A stretch of DNA of 64,000 nt from Phoronis australis (GCA_002633005.1 NMRA01000598.1:192996-256995), one strand, 5' to 3'; counted from the first letter of the stretch, positions 13,088 through 26,505 are shown. Notes: a model not told the origin generated them from the letters alone. A program made the numbers and translations.

Positions 13088-13932
13088 TGTTGTGTTTATG
13101 TTTACGTTAGAATCGGGCATGTGACTACAGCTGATGGGATGAGTGCAGTGTGTGGGTTGATGACTCTAGGAAACATGGCTTGTTATGTAATAGTGTTACT
13201 CATATAGTTCCGTGCAGTAGTTGTAGTGAGTTCTATGTATAATTGGATATATTCCAAGAAATAACCTTTAAATATGGCCATGCTCGTAGTACAGCTATTC
13301 ATTGACAAGAGAATTCGGTGCCAAATTTGGTAAGGGCAAGTAAAATCACGAAAAATGACTAGATTAGTCATAGGGTTAGAATCATATAAATTCTGAATGA
13401 GTAGGCATTTTACAGCAGTTCAGAACGGAGATGTAAACGGGTTAAGACGTAGTGAAGCAGTTTATGAAGTTAAAACCGATGTAGCAGGACTTTGATTCCT
13501 ACACAGAAGTAAGTAGTTATTTACTATTATTCGTATTGTAATGTTTAAGTAAAATGAGGTTTATTTAGAATTATTGTCAAATAGAAAGCTCAGAAATATG
13601 TTTGACTATTATGAAAAATAGCGTGAATAAGAAATAACGAAAGTTTAAATAGTTTAATACAAGTATGTTTGAATATGATGCAGTTATCATGGAAATTAGA
13701 TCAGTAATGTGTTTAGATTTACCAAAATAACAAGCTAGGAATCTTATTACGGTAACTTATGTTGATATTGGAATTATAAATAGTGTTCGACAAGTAATTG
13801 TTATTTAGATTAATTAGTTTCTAATATTTTGTAATTTGTTGTTTACAGATCGAATAAATATACTATCATTTATATGATTTAAAGAGGAATCCTAGTTCTC
13901 ATTGGTTTCGGCCTTGAGCCTGTCAGCGGTAC
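13088..13932 (+). repeat. 5' LTR of the BEL/Pao element (~845 bp)
   Basis: The first ~75 bp recur at 19249 and 20862, and the last ~75 bp recur at 20937-21010. It begins with TG and has AATAAA at 13853. Confidence 0.85.
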
Positions 13933-13981
13933 TCAGCATTCGATTTCTTGAGATAACGATTGTTACGGACGTGCCCTGACT

Positions 13982-16900
13982 ATGGAATTAGTGGAAACTG
14001 CCAGACGCGCCAGGAGGTCGCAGCGTTCACTAGAGTCAGCAATACTCTAGCTGAATTAATTGGAAGTGACGTGGACAAAACAAAAATACAGGAGTACTTT
14101 GATAAGTTGTCCGTGGCGTATGGTAATTTGACGGACAAGCATGAGGCATATGTTTGTCACCTTGACGACGATGACCAGTATGAAGAAGAGGAACAGTGGT
14201 TGGAAACGATGCACAGAGCATTTGTAGACCACGAAATACGAGTGTTCCAGCTATGCAGCATCAAGGAAGAAAACAACGGGACAACTGAGCCAACCGACGA
14301 GACGACTGAGACCGATGAGACAGCAGCGACTGTCACCGGAGATATAGCAGCGACCGGAGAGACAACAGAGACTGTGACCGGAGATACAGCAGCCGCTGCG
14401 ACCGAAGTGATGGCAACGACCGGAGAGATTACAGAAGCAGACGCAAGCAGTGTAAACGTTGTGACTGACAATGATAAACACTCAGTGTTTAAATTGGAAA
14501 AACATAGACTTCTGAAGTTTGGAGGTGATGTAAGAGAATATGTAAGTTTTAAGGATGATTTCCAGTACATGGTTGGAAACAGATATAGCAAGAGGGATAG
14601 CATAGCACTGTTAAGGAATAGCTTGCAAGGTAAGCCTCTTGATCTGATTAAGGGCTTAGGTTCAGATTATGATGCTGCTTGGGCTTATTTAGATTCAGTG
14701 TACGGGGACCCACGTTATGTGGCTGATGTAGTTTTGCAAGATTTAAGTAAATTTAAAGGTTTACAGCCAGCCGAGGATAGCAGGTTTTGCGAATTAGTTC
14801 ACTTGTGCGCAGAAGTTATAATACTCTTAAATTAGTGGGGCGTCCATATGACATGGATAACAATCACATATTAGCTATTATTGAGCAACGCATGTGTCAT
14901 GAAGATAGAAGGTTGTGGGCTCGCGAGTTAGAGCGCGAAAAAGATGAGGCATCACTTTCTAGGCTCCTGGAATGGATGAGCGGCGACATGAAGACTCGGA
15001 TGCGTGCCTCAGCTGCGATTAGAACGAGTACACAGAATGCAAAATCCCTTCATCATGTATCCACCACAAGTAGCGAGCGACCCTCAGCCCACAAGTGTTG
15101 GCTGTGCAAATCATCAACACACTGGCCAGACCAATGCCAACAATTGAAACAGCTAACGCCAGAACAGCGACTGGCAAAAGTTAGAGAAGAACAAGTATGC
15201 TTCTGTTGCTTGAAGAAAACAAGCAAAAGCCACTGGTCCACCAATTGTTCCCGACGAAGGCAATGTCCAGATAAAGATGACGGCACCCAGTGCAGGTATC
15301 ACCACCATCCGCTTTTGCACACGCGCGTCAGTCAGAATGCACGACCAACAGGTTTCGTGTACGCAGCATCACAGAGTGGCGAAGTGCATGCGGCTTCACG
15401 AAGTGGCAAAGGTGATGTACTTTTACCAATTCTCACGACACAAGTTTGCGGCCAGAAAGGGAATAGGGACACTAATGTTTTAATAGATTCCGGAGCGCAG
15501 CTTAGCCTGATCACCACAGAATTAGCAAAAGAGTTAGGTGTTGAGGGGAAACTATTTCCATAGACATAACCAAGTTAGGAGGCGAGGTTGAACAGATGTC
15601 AACCAAAGTTTACCAGGTAAAGGTAAAATCAAAACTAGATGGCAGTCTGCATAGGATAAAGGCAATAGGTATCCCGAACATCAGCAACGCGACATGAGAA
15701 GTTAGACTTGACGGGGCAGCACGAAAACTTGGGGTCAGTCCAAACCAGCTGACTAGAGAAGGCGGACCAATAGGCATTTTAATAGGAGTGGACCATCCTA
15801 GAGTACACGCAGGTCCCATGACAGAAATTGGAAAGTTAGTGGCAAGGCAAACACCACTTGGGTGGGTGGTGCTAGGGCCACTGGATGATGTAGTTAACAA
15901 ATTACATGACAGTCAGCGGGTCTTACATGTACAAATCAGACAGGATGTAGGCCTAGACATCACTGATTTTTGGAAAACTGAATCCATGGGTGCAGGCAAC
16001 AAGTTCAATGATTGCGACGCAGGGAAATTAAATAAGACAGAAGCTGACGAGGAAAAAATAATTCGAGATTCCAGCAAGAAGGTTGGAAATCAGTGGTTGA
16101 TTCCTTACCCTTGGGTCAAGGATCCTAAGCAGTTATCAAACAACAGAGTACAAGCAGAAAAAAGATTGGCTTCAACTGAGAAAAGGCTGCAGCAGAAAAA
16201 CATTGCGAAGGCATACGATCAGTAGATGATGGAGATGGAACAAATGAAGTTTAGTAGAAAAGTTAATTCTTACAAGGGACCAGTACACTACATAATGCAT
16301 CACCCTGTAGTGAGAATGGACAAGCCAAGTACCCCGGTAAGAATTGTTTTTAATTCATCTTCGTCATATGAAGGACACCGACTCAATGATTACTGGCTAA
16401 AAGGACCAGATTTGTTAAACAGTCTTTTTGGAGTAGTTTTGAGGTTCAGAGAAAACCATGTTGCCATTGTGGGAGATGTGTCCAAGATATACCACAGAAT
16501 TCTAATTCCAGTAGAAGACCAGCATGTACACAGATTCTTGTGGAGAAATTTTGAGCAGCGAACACCAGATACCTATGTAAGCACGGTATTGACCTTTGGA
16601 GATAAACCGGCACCAGCCATGGTACAGATAGCACTACGCAAGACAGGTGAAGAAAATGTTAAAAATTATCCAGAAGCAGCCAGAATATTGAAGATTAATA
16701 CGTATATGGACGACATATGCGAATCGGCCAAGACTGAAAGCGAGGCACAGAGACTTAGCGAGGATGTGAATAAGGTACTCGCTACTGGAGGGTTTGCAGT
16801 AAAGGGATGGGCTTCCAACAGGAACCTACAATGCAACAAACAGGAAAACACAGAGCTAAATTCTTTGCATGGAATAGAGAAAGTATTGGGAATTTCATGG

Positions 16901-19228
16901 AACAAGAACACAGATGAACTGACGTTCAAAACAGCACTGCAAGCAATTGTAAGTGACAAAGTGAGGTTGACCAAGAGAAAGATACTTAGTCAAGTAGCGA
17001 GGATATTTGATCCTATTGGATTTGCAGCAGCAGTCATTATTAAAGCGAAGATAGGCATGCAGAAACTATGGCAGTTGGGCTTAGACTGGGATGAAGCTGT
17101 CCCACCAACGGTTAATGAAGAATGGTTAGCTCTCTTTGAAGAAATCGTACGCTTAGGTAACAGATCCTTTCAAAGATGCCTGACGCCAGCAGATGCTATT
17201 GGATCACCAATGTTATGCATATTTTCTGATGCATCACAGGATGCATTTGGAGCATGTGCCTATGTAAGATGGAAGTTAAGCGATAGAAGTTTCGGAGTAA
17301 GATTTATAGCAGGCAAGTCGAGAGTTGCACCTCTGAAGCAACTAACTATTCCAAGGCTTGAATTGCAGGCAGCGGTATTGGCTTCTCGTCTAGGAAAGAC
17401 AATTCAAGAAGAATCGAGATTTGCCTTTGAAGAAGTAAAATACTTCGTCGACAGCCAGATAGTCTTAGCATGGATTCACAGTCCATTTAGAAGTTTCAAG
17501 GCTTTTGTTTCAGCTAGAGTTGGAGAAATACAGAGTCATTCAAATCCAGCTCAATGGAGATTTATTCCAGGGACAGAAAATGTTGCAGATGACATATCCC
17601 GTGGAATTTCGGTAGAACAACTGAATCAGAGATGGCAAGAAGGCCCAGAGTTTCTGAAGAAATCTGAAGATGAATGGCCACAGAGTAAAGAAGATGGAAA
17701 TGTTTTACAAGAAGATACACAAGAACGCAAGAAGGTTCACGTGATTCAAGAAGTAGAAAGAATTCAACTAGTTGTTGATTGTACAAGATTCTCCAATTGG
17801 CGTAAACTATTACGAGTTACAGCACTGGTTTTAAAGATGCAAGAAAAAATACGCAGACGACGACAAGGCAATCGGCAAGAGTTTACAGTACTACCACCGT
17901 CTCCAGCGGACATTCTGAGAGCAGAGAATTACTGGGTCAGAGAAGCACAGAAAGAACTTAAGAATAGAATACAGGATGGCGCTTTTGTGACACTTTCACC
18001 TTTCACTGATGAGGAAGGGCTGATACGTGTTGGTGGTAGAATTGACAAAGCAAATCTACCATATGAATCAAGACATCCAGTATTGTTACCGCACAGTCAC
18101 TATATCTCGAAGTTGATTGCAGTTCAGATGCACAGAATAGGACATAGTGGAGTTGCAGCGACAACGGCAAAAATCAGACAAAGATTTTGGATCCTGAAAG
18201 CACACGACTTAGTAAAGCGCATCAAATATCAATGTACCTTTTGCAGAGAAATGAACGCAAGACTAGAGACACAGTTTATGGCTGATTTACCAGAAAGAAG
18301 ACTTATGCCATACACACCCCCATTTCTTCATGCATCATGCGACTATTTTGGACCTTACAATGTAAAGATTGGTAGAAACAAGACAACGAAGCATTATGGA
18401 GTAATCTTCACATGTCTGAATACCGGAGCAGTCCATTTGGAGATGGCTACAGATTGTTCAACGATGGAGTATCTCCAAGTGCTCAGAAGATTCTTCTCCA
18501 TAAGAGGATACCCTCAGACACTCACAAGCGATAATGGTGCTCAATTTGTAGGAGCAGAAAGAGAGCTTCGTGAGATGATCAGAGGATGGGACATACAAGC
18601 GATACAAGAGTTTGGCGTAGAAAAGAGTATGAAATGGCAATTCATTACTCCAACAGCACCACATCAGAATGGTCGTGCTGAAGCACTGGTGAAGACATGT
18701 AAAGCAGCACCTAAAGCAGCAATTGCAGCGCAGTTACTCACACCATTTGAGTTATACACGTGTCTACTGGAAGTGGCTAACTTGTTGAACCAGCGTCCAA
18801 TAGGAAGAATTCCTAATGACCCAGATGATGGTTCATATTTGTGTCCAAATCACATACTTTTGGGAAGAGCAACACCAAATGCACCTCAAGGTCCATTCAA
18901 AGAAACTCGCAATCCTAGACACCGAGTAGAGTTTGTACAACGACTTATAGATTCCTTTTGGAAAAGATGGTCAAGAGATGTCTTACCAACATTGGTACCA
19001 AGGACCAGATGGAATTACCAGAGAAGAAATGTCAGCATCGGAGATGTTGTAGTCATTGCTGACCCGAATGCTCTAAGAGGGAAATGGACTCTTGGAAAAG
19101 TCGAGCAGGTTTTTCCAGGTGCTGACGGACGGGTTAGAAATATTGATGTTCCCACTAGTAAGGGATTATTAAGTAGACCAGTTACTAAAGTAGCAGTGAT
19201 ATAACCAGTAGAGGGGCATGAGGACTAA
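13982..19228 (+). pseudogene. BEL/Pao gag-pol polyprotein with frameshifts and premature stops
   Basis: Gag DUF1759-like FGGDVREYVSFKDDF; Cys/His knuckles (CWLC..H..C, CFCC...H...C); protease LIDSGAQ; RT YMDD; Pao RNase H FSDASQDAFG..RLELQAA; integrase H..GH...C..C, DYFGP, SDNG, APHQNG.AE; C-terminal FWKRW. Split over ORFs 13960, 14787, 15788 and 16226. Confidence 0.92.
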
Positions 19229-19326
19229 CTCCTCATAGGGGGGGAGGGTGTTGTGTTTATGTTTATGTTAGAATCGGGCATGTGACTACAGCTGATGGGA
19301 TGAGTGCAGTGTGTGGGTTGATGACN

Positions 19327-20842
19327 AGATACACAAGAACGCAAGAAGGTTCACGTGATTCAAGAAGTAGAAAGAATTCAACTAGTTGTTGATTGTACAA
19401 GAATCTCCAATTGGCGTAAACTATTACGAGTTACAGCATTGGTTCTAAAGATGCAATAAAAAATACGCAGACGACGACAAGGCAATCGGCAAGAGTTTAC
19501 AATACTACCACTGTCTCCAGCGGACATTCTGACAGCAAAGAATTACGGGGTCAGAGAAGCACAGAAAGAACTTAAGAATAGAATGCAGGATGGCGCTTTT
19601 GTAACACTTTCACCTTTCACTGATGAGGAAGGGCTGATACGTGTTGGTGGTAGAATTGACAAAGCAAATCTACCATATGAATCAAGACATCCAGTATTGT
19701 TACCGCACAGTCACTATATATCGAAGTTGATTGCAGCTCAGATGCACAGAATAGGACATAGTGGAGTTGCAGCGACAACTGCAAAAATTAGACAAAAGTT
19801 TTGGATCCTGAAAGCACACGACTTATTAAAGCGCATCAAATATCAATGTACATTTTGCAGAGAAATGAACGCGAGACTTGAGACACAGTTTGTGGCTGAT
19901 TTACCAGAAAGAAGACTTATGCCATACACAACCCCATTTCTCCATGCATCATGCGATTTTTTTGGACCTTACAATGTAAAGATTGGCAGAAACAAGACAA
20001 CGAAGCATTATGGAGTAATCTTCACATGTCTGAATACCGGAGCAGTCCATTTGGAGTTGGCTACAGATTGTTCAACGATGGAATATCTGCAAGTGCTTAG
20101 AAGATTCTTCTCCATAAGAGGATACCCTCAGACACTCACAAGCGATAATGGTACTCAATTTGTAGGAGCAGAAAGAGAGCTTCGTGCGATGATCAGAGGA
20201 TGGGACATACAAGCGATACAAGAGTTTGGCGTAGAAAAGAGTATGAAATGGCAATTCATTACTCCAACAGCACCACATCAGAATGGTCGTGCTGAAGCAC
20301 TGGTGAAGACATGTAAAGCAGCGCTTAAAGCAGCAATTGCAACGCAGTTACTCACACCATTTGAGTTATACACGTGTCTACTGGAAGTGGCTAACTTGGT
20401 GAACCAGCGTCCAATAGGAAGAATTCCTAATGATCCAGATGATGGTTCATATTTGTGTCCAAATCACATGCTTTTGGGAAGAGCAACACCAAATGCACCT
20501 CAAGGTCCATTCAAAGAATCTCGCAATCCTAGACACCGAGTAGAGTTTGTTCAACGACTTATAGATTCCTTTTGGAAAAGATGGTCTAGAGATGTCTTAC
20601 CAACATTGGTACCAAGGAACAGATGGAATTACCAGAGAAGAAATGTCAGCATCGGAGATGTTGTAGTCATTGCTGATCCTAATGCTCTAAGAGGGAAATG
20701 GACTCTTGGAAAGGTCGAGCAGGTTTTTCCAGGTGTTGACGGACGGGTTAGAAATATTGATGTTCGCACTAGTAAGGGATTATTAAGTAGACCAGTTACT
20801 AAAGTAGCAGTGATATACCCAGTAGAGGGGTATGAGGACTAA
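19327..20842 (+). pseudogene. Second, slightly diverged copy of the BEL integrase region
   Basis: After the N at 19326 the sequence restarts at the equivalent of ~17713. ORF 19583-20842 matches the first integrase with scattered substitutions and keeps the C-terminal YPVEGYED that is cut by TAA at 19202 in copy 1. Confidence 0.85.
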
Positions 20843-20861
20843 CTCCTCATGGGGGGGAGGG

Positions 20862-21011
20862 TGTTGTGTTTATGTTTATGTTAGAATCGGGCATGTGACT
20901 ACAGCTTATGGGATGAGTGCAGCGTGTGGGTTGATNTATACTATCATTTATATGATTTAAAGAGGAATCCTAGTTCTCATTGGTTTCGGCCTTGAGCCTG
21001 TCAGCGGTACA
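20862..21011 (+). repeat. 3' LTR of the BEL element, middle lost in an N gap
   Basis: PPT GGGGGGGAGGG, LTR start, N at 20936, then the LTR end ...CGGTACA. Confidence 0.8.
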
Positions 21012-22645
21012 GCGACTATCAAATGCACCTTGCCAGTCGCCATTAGAGCTACAATACCAACTAGAGTACTTTACATGTACATGTAGTGGCACGTGTACCA
21101 TGGCCCCTCAGGCCCTCACCCGGCCGGCCAACAGATGATATACTGTAGTTAACGATCGAGTCGACTCAGTCACCGAGAACGGGGAAACAACATCAAAGGA
21201 ATCGATGACACTTCGTGCAAAGTATGTCCGATAAGCAAGTCGGCTGGTACAATTATAATTTACGAAAGGGTAGCATAGGAAATGTTTACGTCTGAAAGCC
21301 TTGATGCATAATCTAAGATAATACACGCTGATCTTGGCTTCAAAAGCAAAAAAAAAATGCCTATGACCTCCCCGGCTCCCCATCCTCCTTCATCTGAAAT
21401 GAAATGGGCGATGAACAATCCGGCTGTGAATAACAACTTAATTACAAACTGAAAATGAAAACGGTTTCAGTTTGTTCAACGTTATTTCCCGGCCGAGAAC
21501 TACTAGCTGATTCAGGTCACTTGTTCCTAAAATAGAAAACCGGGAAAATCCCACTGATAGTACAAATGTTTACGGCACGGCACTATTTTACTTACGCCCC
21601 TCGACAAACCTTATCAGAGGCTGGTACCAAGCGGCATGAGCACATGAGACAACCTGGCGACAACAATGGCGGTAGGTTACGGTTTGGGATAGAAATGTCC
21701 AAATCACGGGCGGTAACAACGTCACTAAATTCAAGAGCTGAACCGATAAATTAGTTAGGCCTACACGTGCAACAACGGACTGTCCGCCTGGTCATGGCGA
21801 GGAAAATAAGTCTTTCACGCGTTAACTTAGAGAAAAGCAAATCGAGGCACGCTAGTTGTTTTCAAGGGCCGGTAAACTCAAAGAGCGTCGCTTTAGCACA
21901 GTTTCGTTGTACAGTGAGTAGGCTACTGAGAGAATTTAGGTCATCGTGTCGCTAAGTAGCGGTATATTGTGCGCAAGTTACACTGTATGCAAGTACATCA
22001 ACTTGGTATGTCTGTCAGCTGTGCACCGCGTCGAATGGACGAGGGTAATGACAAGGTAATAACCTAGTAGATCTCCATCATGGCATCATGTTAATTTCCT
22101 ACTTGAGGACTCTGCGGCCGTTTGTTACCGGGCTATGATGATGACCTGCATCTCGCCGAGTCCGCAGTCGCCTGTCACCAATTTGAGCGACAGAACATCA
22201 TCAAGTTAACATTGATCAACTTCATTTCTAAAGTTGCAGGTTAAATACTTTAAACATTATTGGTGCAGTTAGGTTACTATCTACTCACCAGATCAGTGGA
22301 TTTGAAAGGTGAAAGTTGCGTTGCTAATATATCAAGCCTTGACCTAATTTTCTGTCGTGGGATGCCCTCAGCAGCAGGGGTTTTATACTTATTTTGTTGA
22401 CCGCAATTTATGGCTTTGGTTTACAAGCTAGGTGAAGTACAGCAACTACTCTACCGGTCAACTCAAGATTTGTAAATTACTTGTTATTGGCTATTTCATT
22501 TCCTACAGGTACATTAGCGAATTTGTTGTATGCATATCTATACGCTAGAAAAATCTGATCTGATAACCTAACTCGACTCTTTTGTTATAGGGTAATTTCT
22601 TGGAAAATCGTGGTTTCATAACACAACTGGATCTCGCTGAGACCA

Positions 22646-22975
22646 GGGCCCGGAATCTAATATTTGTTGTCGAAATGAACTCGAAAATTATTTTTAGCAG
22701 TATCGAAGTCAAGAAAAGTGGTTATTAGACAGTGCTCGAATACCTTAAAGTTTATTACGAATTTCTAGTCCTAGTTTGCACTTGATGACACAATTATATT
22801 TGTGCTACAACCTCCAGTAAAAACTCGAAATTTCGAATACAAACTCGAATTTTTAGCCTTTTGTGTCCTTCAGCATAGGATAATAGACACTTATCTTGAG
22901 TTCAACAAAAGTAGAGTAGAAAATGCCAAACATAATTTCGAGTTCATTTCGAGTAAAACGATTAGAACCGGACCC
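22646..22975. mobile_element. PIF/Harbinger-type MITE
   Basis: GGGCCCGGAATCTAAT...TCGAAATGAACTCGAAAATTA mirrors TAATTTCGAGTTCATTTCGA...ATTAGAACCGGACCC. No clean TSD. Confidence 0.6.
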
Positions 22976-24038
22976 CGCCATGGGCTGTGCCCATAGGATT
23001 TTAATTTAACCACGTTTGTCATTACCTTCGTGTTGGTTATTTTGGTGCTTTTAACGTCGGCAATTAAACTTCTTTATGAGAATAAAAAGTCCTTGTTGCT
23101 TGAACTTGCACATTTTTGTGAAATTAGACATTTTGTAACTTGAAAGTCTCCCCAAGCCTGAGACATCTAATTTAAATTTCTATTACTGCAAATAATATTT
23201 CTAGAAAATATTGTTGCCAGAGGTTGCATTAAGGTGGTGTTGGAAACTGCCACTTTCTACTTTTAGAACATACATTTAAACTCTTCAGTTTTGCTAGTAG
23301 ATACTTGGCGAAATACACAGGTGTGTCAATAAAGTCATAAACTGTACATGACTTTAATTATGTCATTAGAATGCACAATTTCTTATTTTTTCATAATTTT
23401 TAGGTTGAAATTCCTGAATTGATGTCTTTCACCTGGTGGTGAAGTTTGGACCAAACTTCTTTTGAAGTTGTGTAAAGAAATTTATAACCATAACTGACTG
23501 TTATGAGTGAATTTGATGAAATGTTTACTGCTGTACTGTTTCATGTGTAATTGGTTTACACTTAATTGCCCAAAACAAGCATTAAACTTACACAAGAGTG
23601 TGATAAAGAATCATCATTTTGTTTCTAAATATTTTACGACATGTGGATTCCAAGTTAAGAACATTATTACTAGCTTTACACCAATCCAGCATTTATGTTA
23701 TCAAGTAACGTGTGGGCATTTACAATTTAATAAAAATAGAAGTGAACCGTAAAATTTCTAGACAAAATGCAGTCTTACTACTTGATCAAATTTTATAAAA
23801 ATTGGCATCTGTTGCGGTTTTGATTAACAACTCCAGTCATGCAATTTTTGAATGTTTTGATTCATGAATTTGTTTAAAATGAAAGTGTTAGTAGTTTCTA
23901 AAAACAGTAAACTTAAGGCAGTGCCAACACTAAGTTAAAAGGAGGTTGTCCCTATATCCAATATTCTTTCACTTTACAACATACTCTCCGCCCCCCTCCT
24001 TCCCCACTGCCCCCTCACAGCATTCCAGAACAGTGGGA

Positions 24039-25440
24039 AGAGAGAGGGAGAGGGAGAGGGAGAGGGAGAGGGAAACACTTTTATTTACATTAAATTGTAA
24101 TAATACAATGGTTAAAATTCGATTTCAATTAGGCCTTCTAAAGGTTATTGACGGCTAATAAGAAGGTCCCCTGTACAAAATAAACAAATGGAAATGCAAA
24201 AATCAGTAGGAATAGGTGAGGAAGCCATATATATATATTACATACTTAAGAAAACAAAGTGAATTAGCGCTGAAAACGACCGACCCGCCAGGAACCAAGA
24301 AGTGGACTGGCGCAGCGTAGGAGATTTTGAGAATACAATTAGATACTGTTGTATATAAAGCAATTGGAAATATGACAAACTGGATCTTAGTTGCTAATAA
24401 TAAAATTTGTTAAGAACCTGGAGAATGCTCGCAAATAATGTGTTTTTATTATATTTTTAGAGCAGAGACTGGTATTTCGTTGTTGTTTATAAGTCGAGGA
24501 ATTTCAAATCTAGTACAGGCTCTTGATGACAGTTTGTTGGACGGAGGAATTAAATTTTTGAGTTGTATTGTCGGAATAGCAACTGAGTATTGATTCAGGT
24601 ATATAGGAGTTTTAATGTGTCTGGTTGGTTTATATTGGACGGGTTTACTTAAGAAGTTGTTGGTGTAAAAATACTTAGGAAGCTGATTATTGAGGAATTT
24701 GTAGCAAAATTTTGCAGTTGAGATTTTAAAGATGTCTTGAAGTAGAGGGAGGCGAAGTTTCTTACATATGGGCAGAGCGTGAGCATTATAACTGGAATTT
24801 GATATATTCCGAAGGATTCTCTTCTGGGCTGTCTGGAGTTTCTTAGTGTAGCCGAAACCCCACGTTACAATGCCGTAGTTTAAATGTGGGAAGACAAGTG
24901 AATTATATATTAACTTGAGAGCTGGAAGAGGAAGATAATATTTCAGTTGATATATGAATCCACCGAGATTGTTAAGTTTGTTTGGGATGAGGTTTATGTG
25001 GGGGGACCATGAGAGGTTTTTGTCAACGGTAATACCAAGGAAAGGAAAACTGTTCACATGACACATTGTTTTGTTACTTATATAAATGGTGGGAATAATA
25101 GACATCTCAATTTTCTTTTGCGGGTATTGGAAGATCGTTAATTTACGTTTTGATGTGTTAATTGAAAGTTTGTTCAGGGAAAACCAGTCTGAAATAGATT
25201 TAAGGTTGTTGTTGATGGTGGTTGATTGCTGTAAAGTGTGTTGGGAAGATTCAGTTAGTCTGTAAGGTGTGACGAGGCAAGTGTCGTCAGCATAAAGAAG
25301 TGTCCATGGGAGAAGAAAACGGAAGATCACTTATGTAAATTAAGAAGAGAAGTGGGCCATGGACAGATTCTTGGGGAACTCGGATAGATATTGGTAACCA
25401 ACTGGAAGTTGTATCTCTTAGTGAAACATATTGTCTAACA
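24039..25440 (-). mobile_element. 5'-truncated CR1/L2-group LINE (RT C-terminal half, 3' UTR, microsatellite tail)
   Basis: Minus strand reads VPQESVHGPLLFLIYISDLP (GVPQGSVLGP motif, ~25320-25380), then LYADDT, LSINTSK, FLGITVDKNLSWSPHI and LNYGIVTWG in ORF 24449-25330. The 3' end has AATAAA followed by (CCCTCT)n at ~24039-24085. Confidence 0.85.
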
Positions 25441-25456
25441 CTCCATGACGTACACT

Positions 25457-25791
25457 GATCAAAGAATCAAACGAAGGATATTGTTCATAAATTTTAGCGA
25501 TCGAAGAATCAAACGAAGGATATTGTTCATAAATTTTAGCGATCGAAGAATCAAACGAAGGATATTGTTCATAAATTTTAGCGATCGAAGAATCAAACGA
25601 AGGATATTGTTCATAAATTTTAGCGATCGAAGAATCAAACGAAGGATATTGTTCATAAATTTTAGCGATCGAAGAATCAAACGAAGGATATTGTTCATAA
25701 ATTTTAGCGATCGAAGAATCAAACGAAGGATATTGTTCATAAATTTTAGCGATCGAAGAATCAAACGAAGGATATTGTTCATAATCTTAGC
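25457..25791. repeat. 42-bp minisatellite, 8 nearly identical copies
   Basis: Unit GATCGAAGAATCAAACGAAGGATATTGTTCATAAATTTTAGC starts at 25457, 25499 and so on to 25751, with no spacers. Confidence 0.95.
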
Positions 25792-26257
25792 GACACCTAA
25801 GGTTAAAAATGGGCCACACGCTTTGTCCCGGTTTAACTTATCCAAATGTTTCCAAGTCACTGACGCCAAAATCTGGCCCCGTAACCTTTAGAAAACAGTT
25901 TTTTTTGGAAACGTGCGTAGTTCCGTACTCAAGGACATGTAGAAGATCCCCTGAAGTGATGATTTCAGCCGCTGAACTTCCACGGATGTCGTGAAGGAGT
26001 CACCGACTGCACTCTTCCAAGAAATGCTCGCGTAAGCCCAAGAATCGGCATGCCGACAATGTTTCACTGTTATCTTGTCTGTCTCCTCGAACCCCACCCC
26101 ACATGACATTTGACCTCTGTGATCCCTATTGTGCTGATAGCGTCAATTCCTACCGGACTGTGTGTGTGCCATTTTCTTTCTATTGTTGAAATGAGGCGGG
26201 AATTTTAATGGCAGCAAAATGATGACTGCAGTACAGTGTAAATAGGTTCGAGACTAG

Positions 26258-26505
26258 GGGCCTGTTCCAAGAAACTGACTTAAGTTCATTTTTGACTTAA
26301 GTTTAAGATTTGTCTTAAATTCCAAACTTTGAAACTTCCACATTTGGTAAGTTAGTCAAAATTAAGACAAAACTTCTGTCAAACACTTAAATCAAACTCA
26401 TAATCTCTATTTTGAATTGGTTTTCAGACAACTTTAACTTATATTTTAAAATTTACTGAAATGTAAGATTTGTCTTAGCTAAGTCAGTTTTGTTGGAACG
26501 GGCCC
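26258..26505. mobile_element. PIF/Harbinger (Tourist-like) MITE with 3-bp TSD
   Basis: TIRs GGGCCTGTTCCAAGAAACTGACTTA / TAAGTCAGTTTTGTTGGAACGGGCCC, flanked by TAG on both sides (26255-26257 and 26506-26508). Confidence 0.8.

Larger units (their letters stand above)
13088..21011 (+). mobile_element. BEL/Pao LTR retrotransposon, defective; assembly has N gaps at 19326 and 20936
   Basis: The LTR start TGTTGTGTTTATG occurs at 13088, 19249 and 20862, the last two directly after a polypurine tract. Domain order is gag-PR-RT-RNaseH-IN. The LTR 3' end ...GAGCCTGTCAGCGGTAC occurs at ~13932 and ~21010. Confidence 0.95.

Noticed and set aside
14157-18664. Minus-strand ORFs overlapping the BEL polyprotein
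   Set aside because: They are antisense shadows with no independent motifs.
25457-25791. CRISPR-like array or repeat-protein gene
   Set aside because: Units are head-to-tail with no unique spacers, there are no cas genes and the context is eukaryotic. The ORFs result from a stop-free 42-bp unit.
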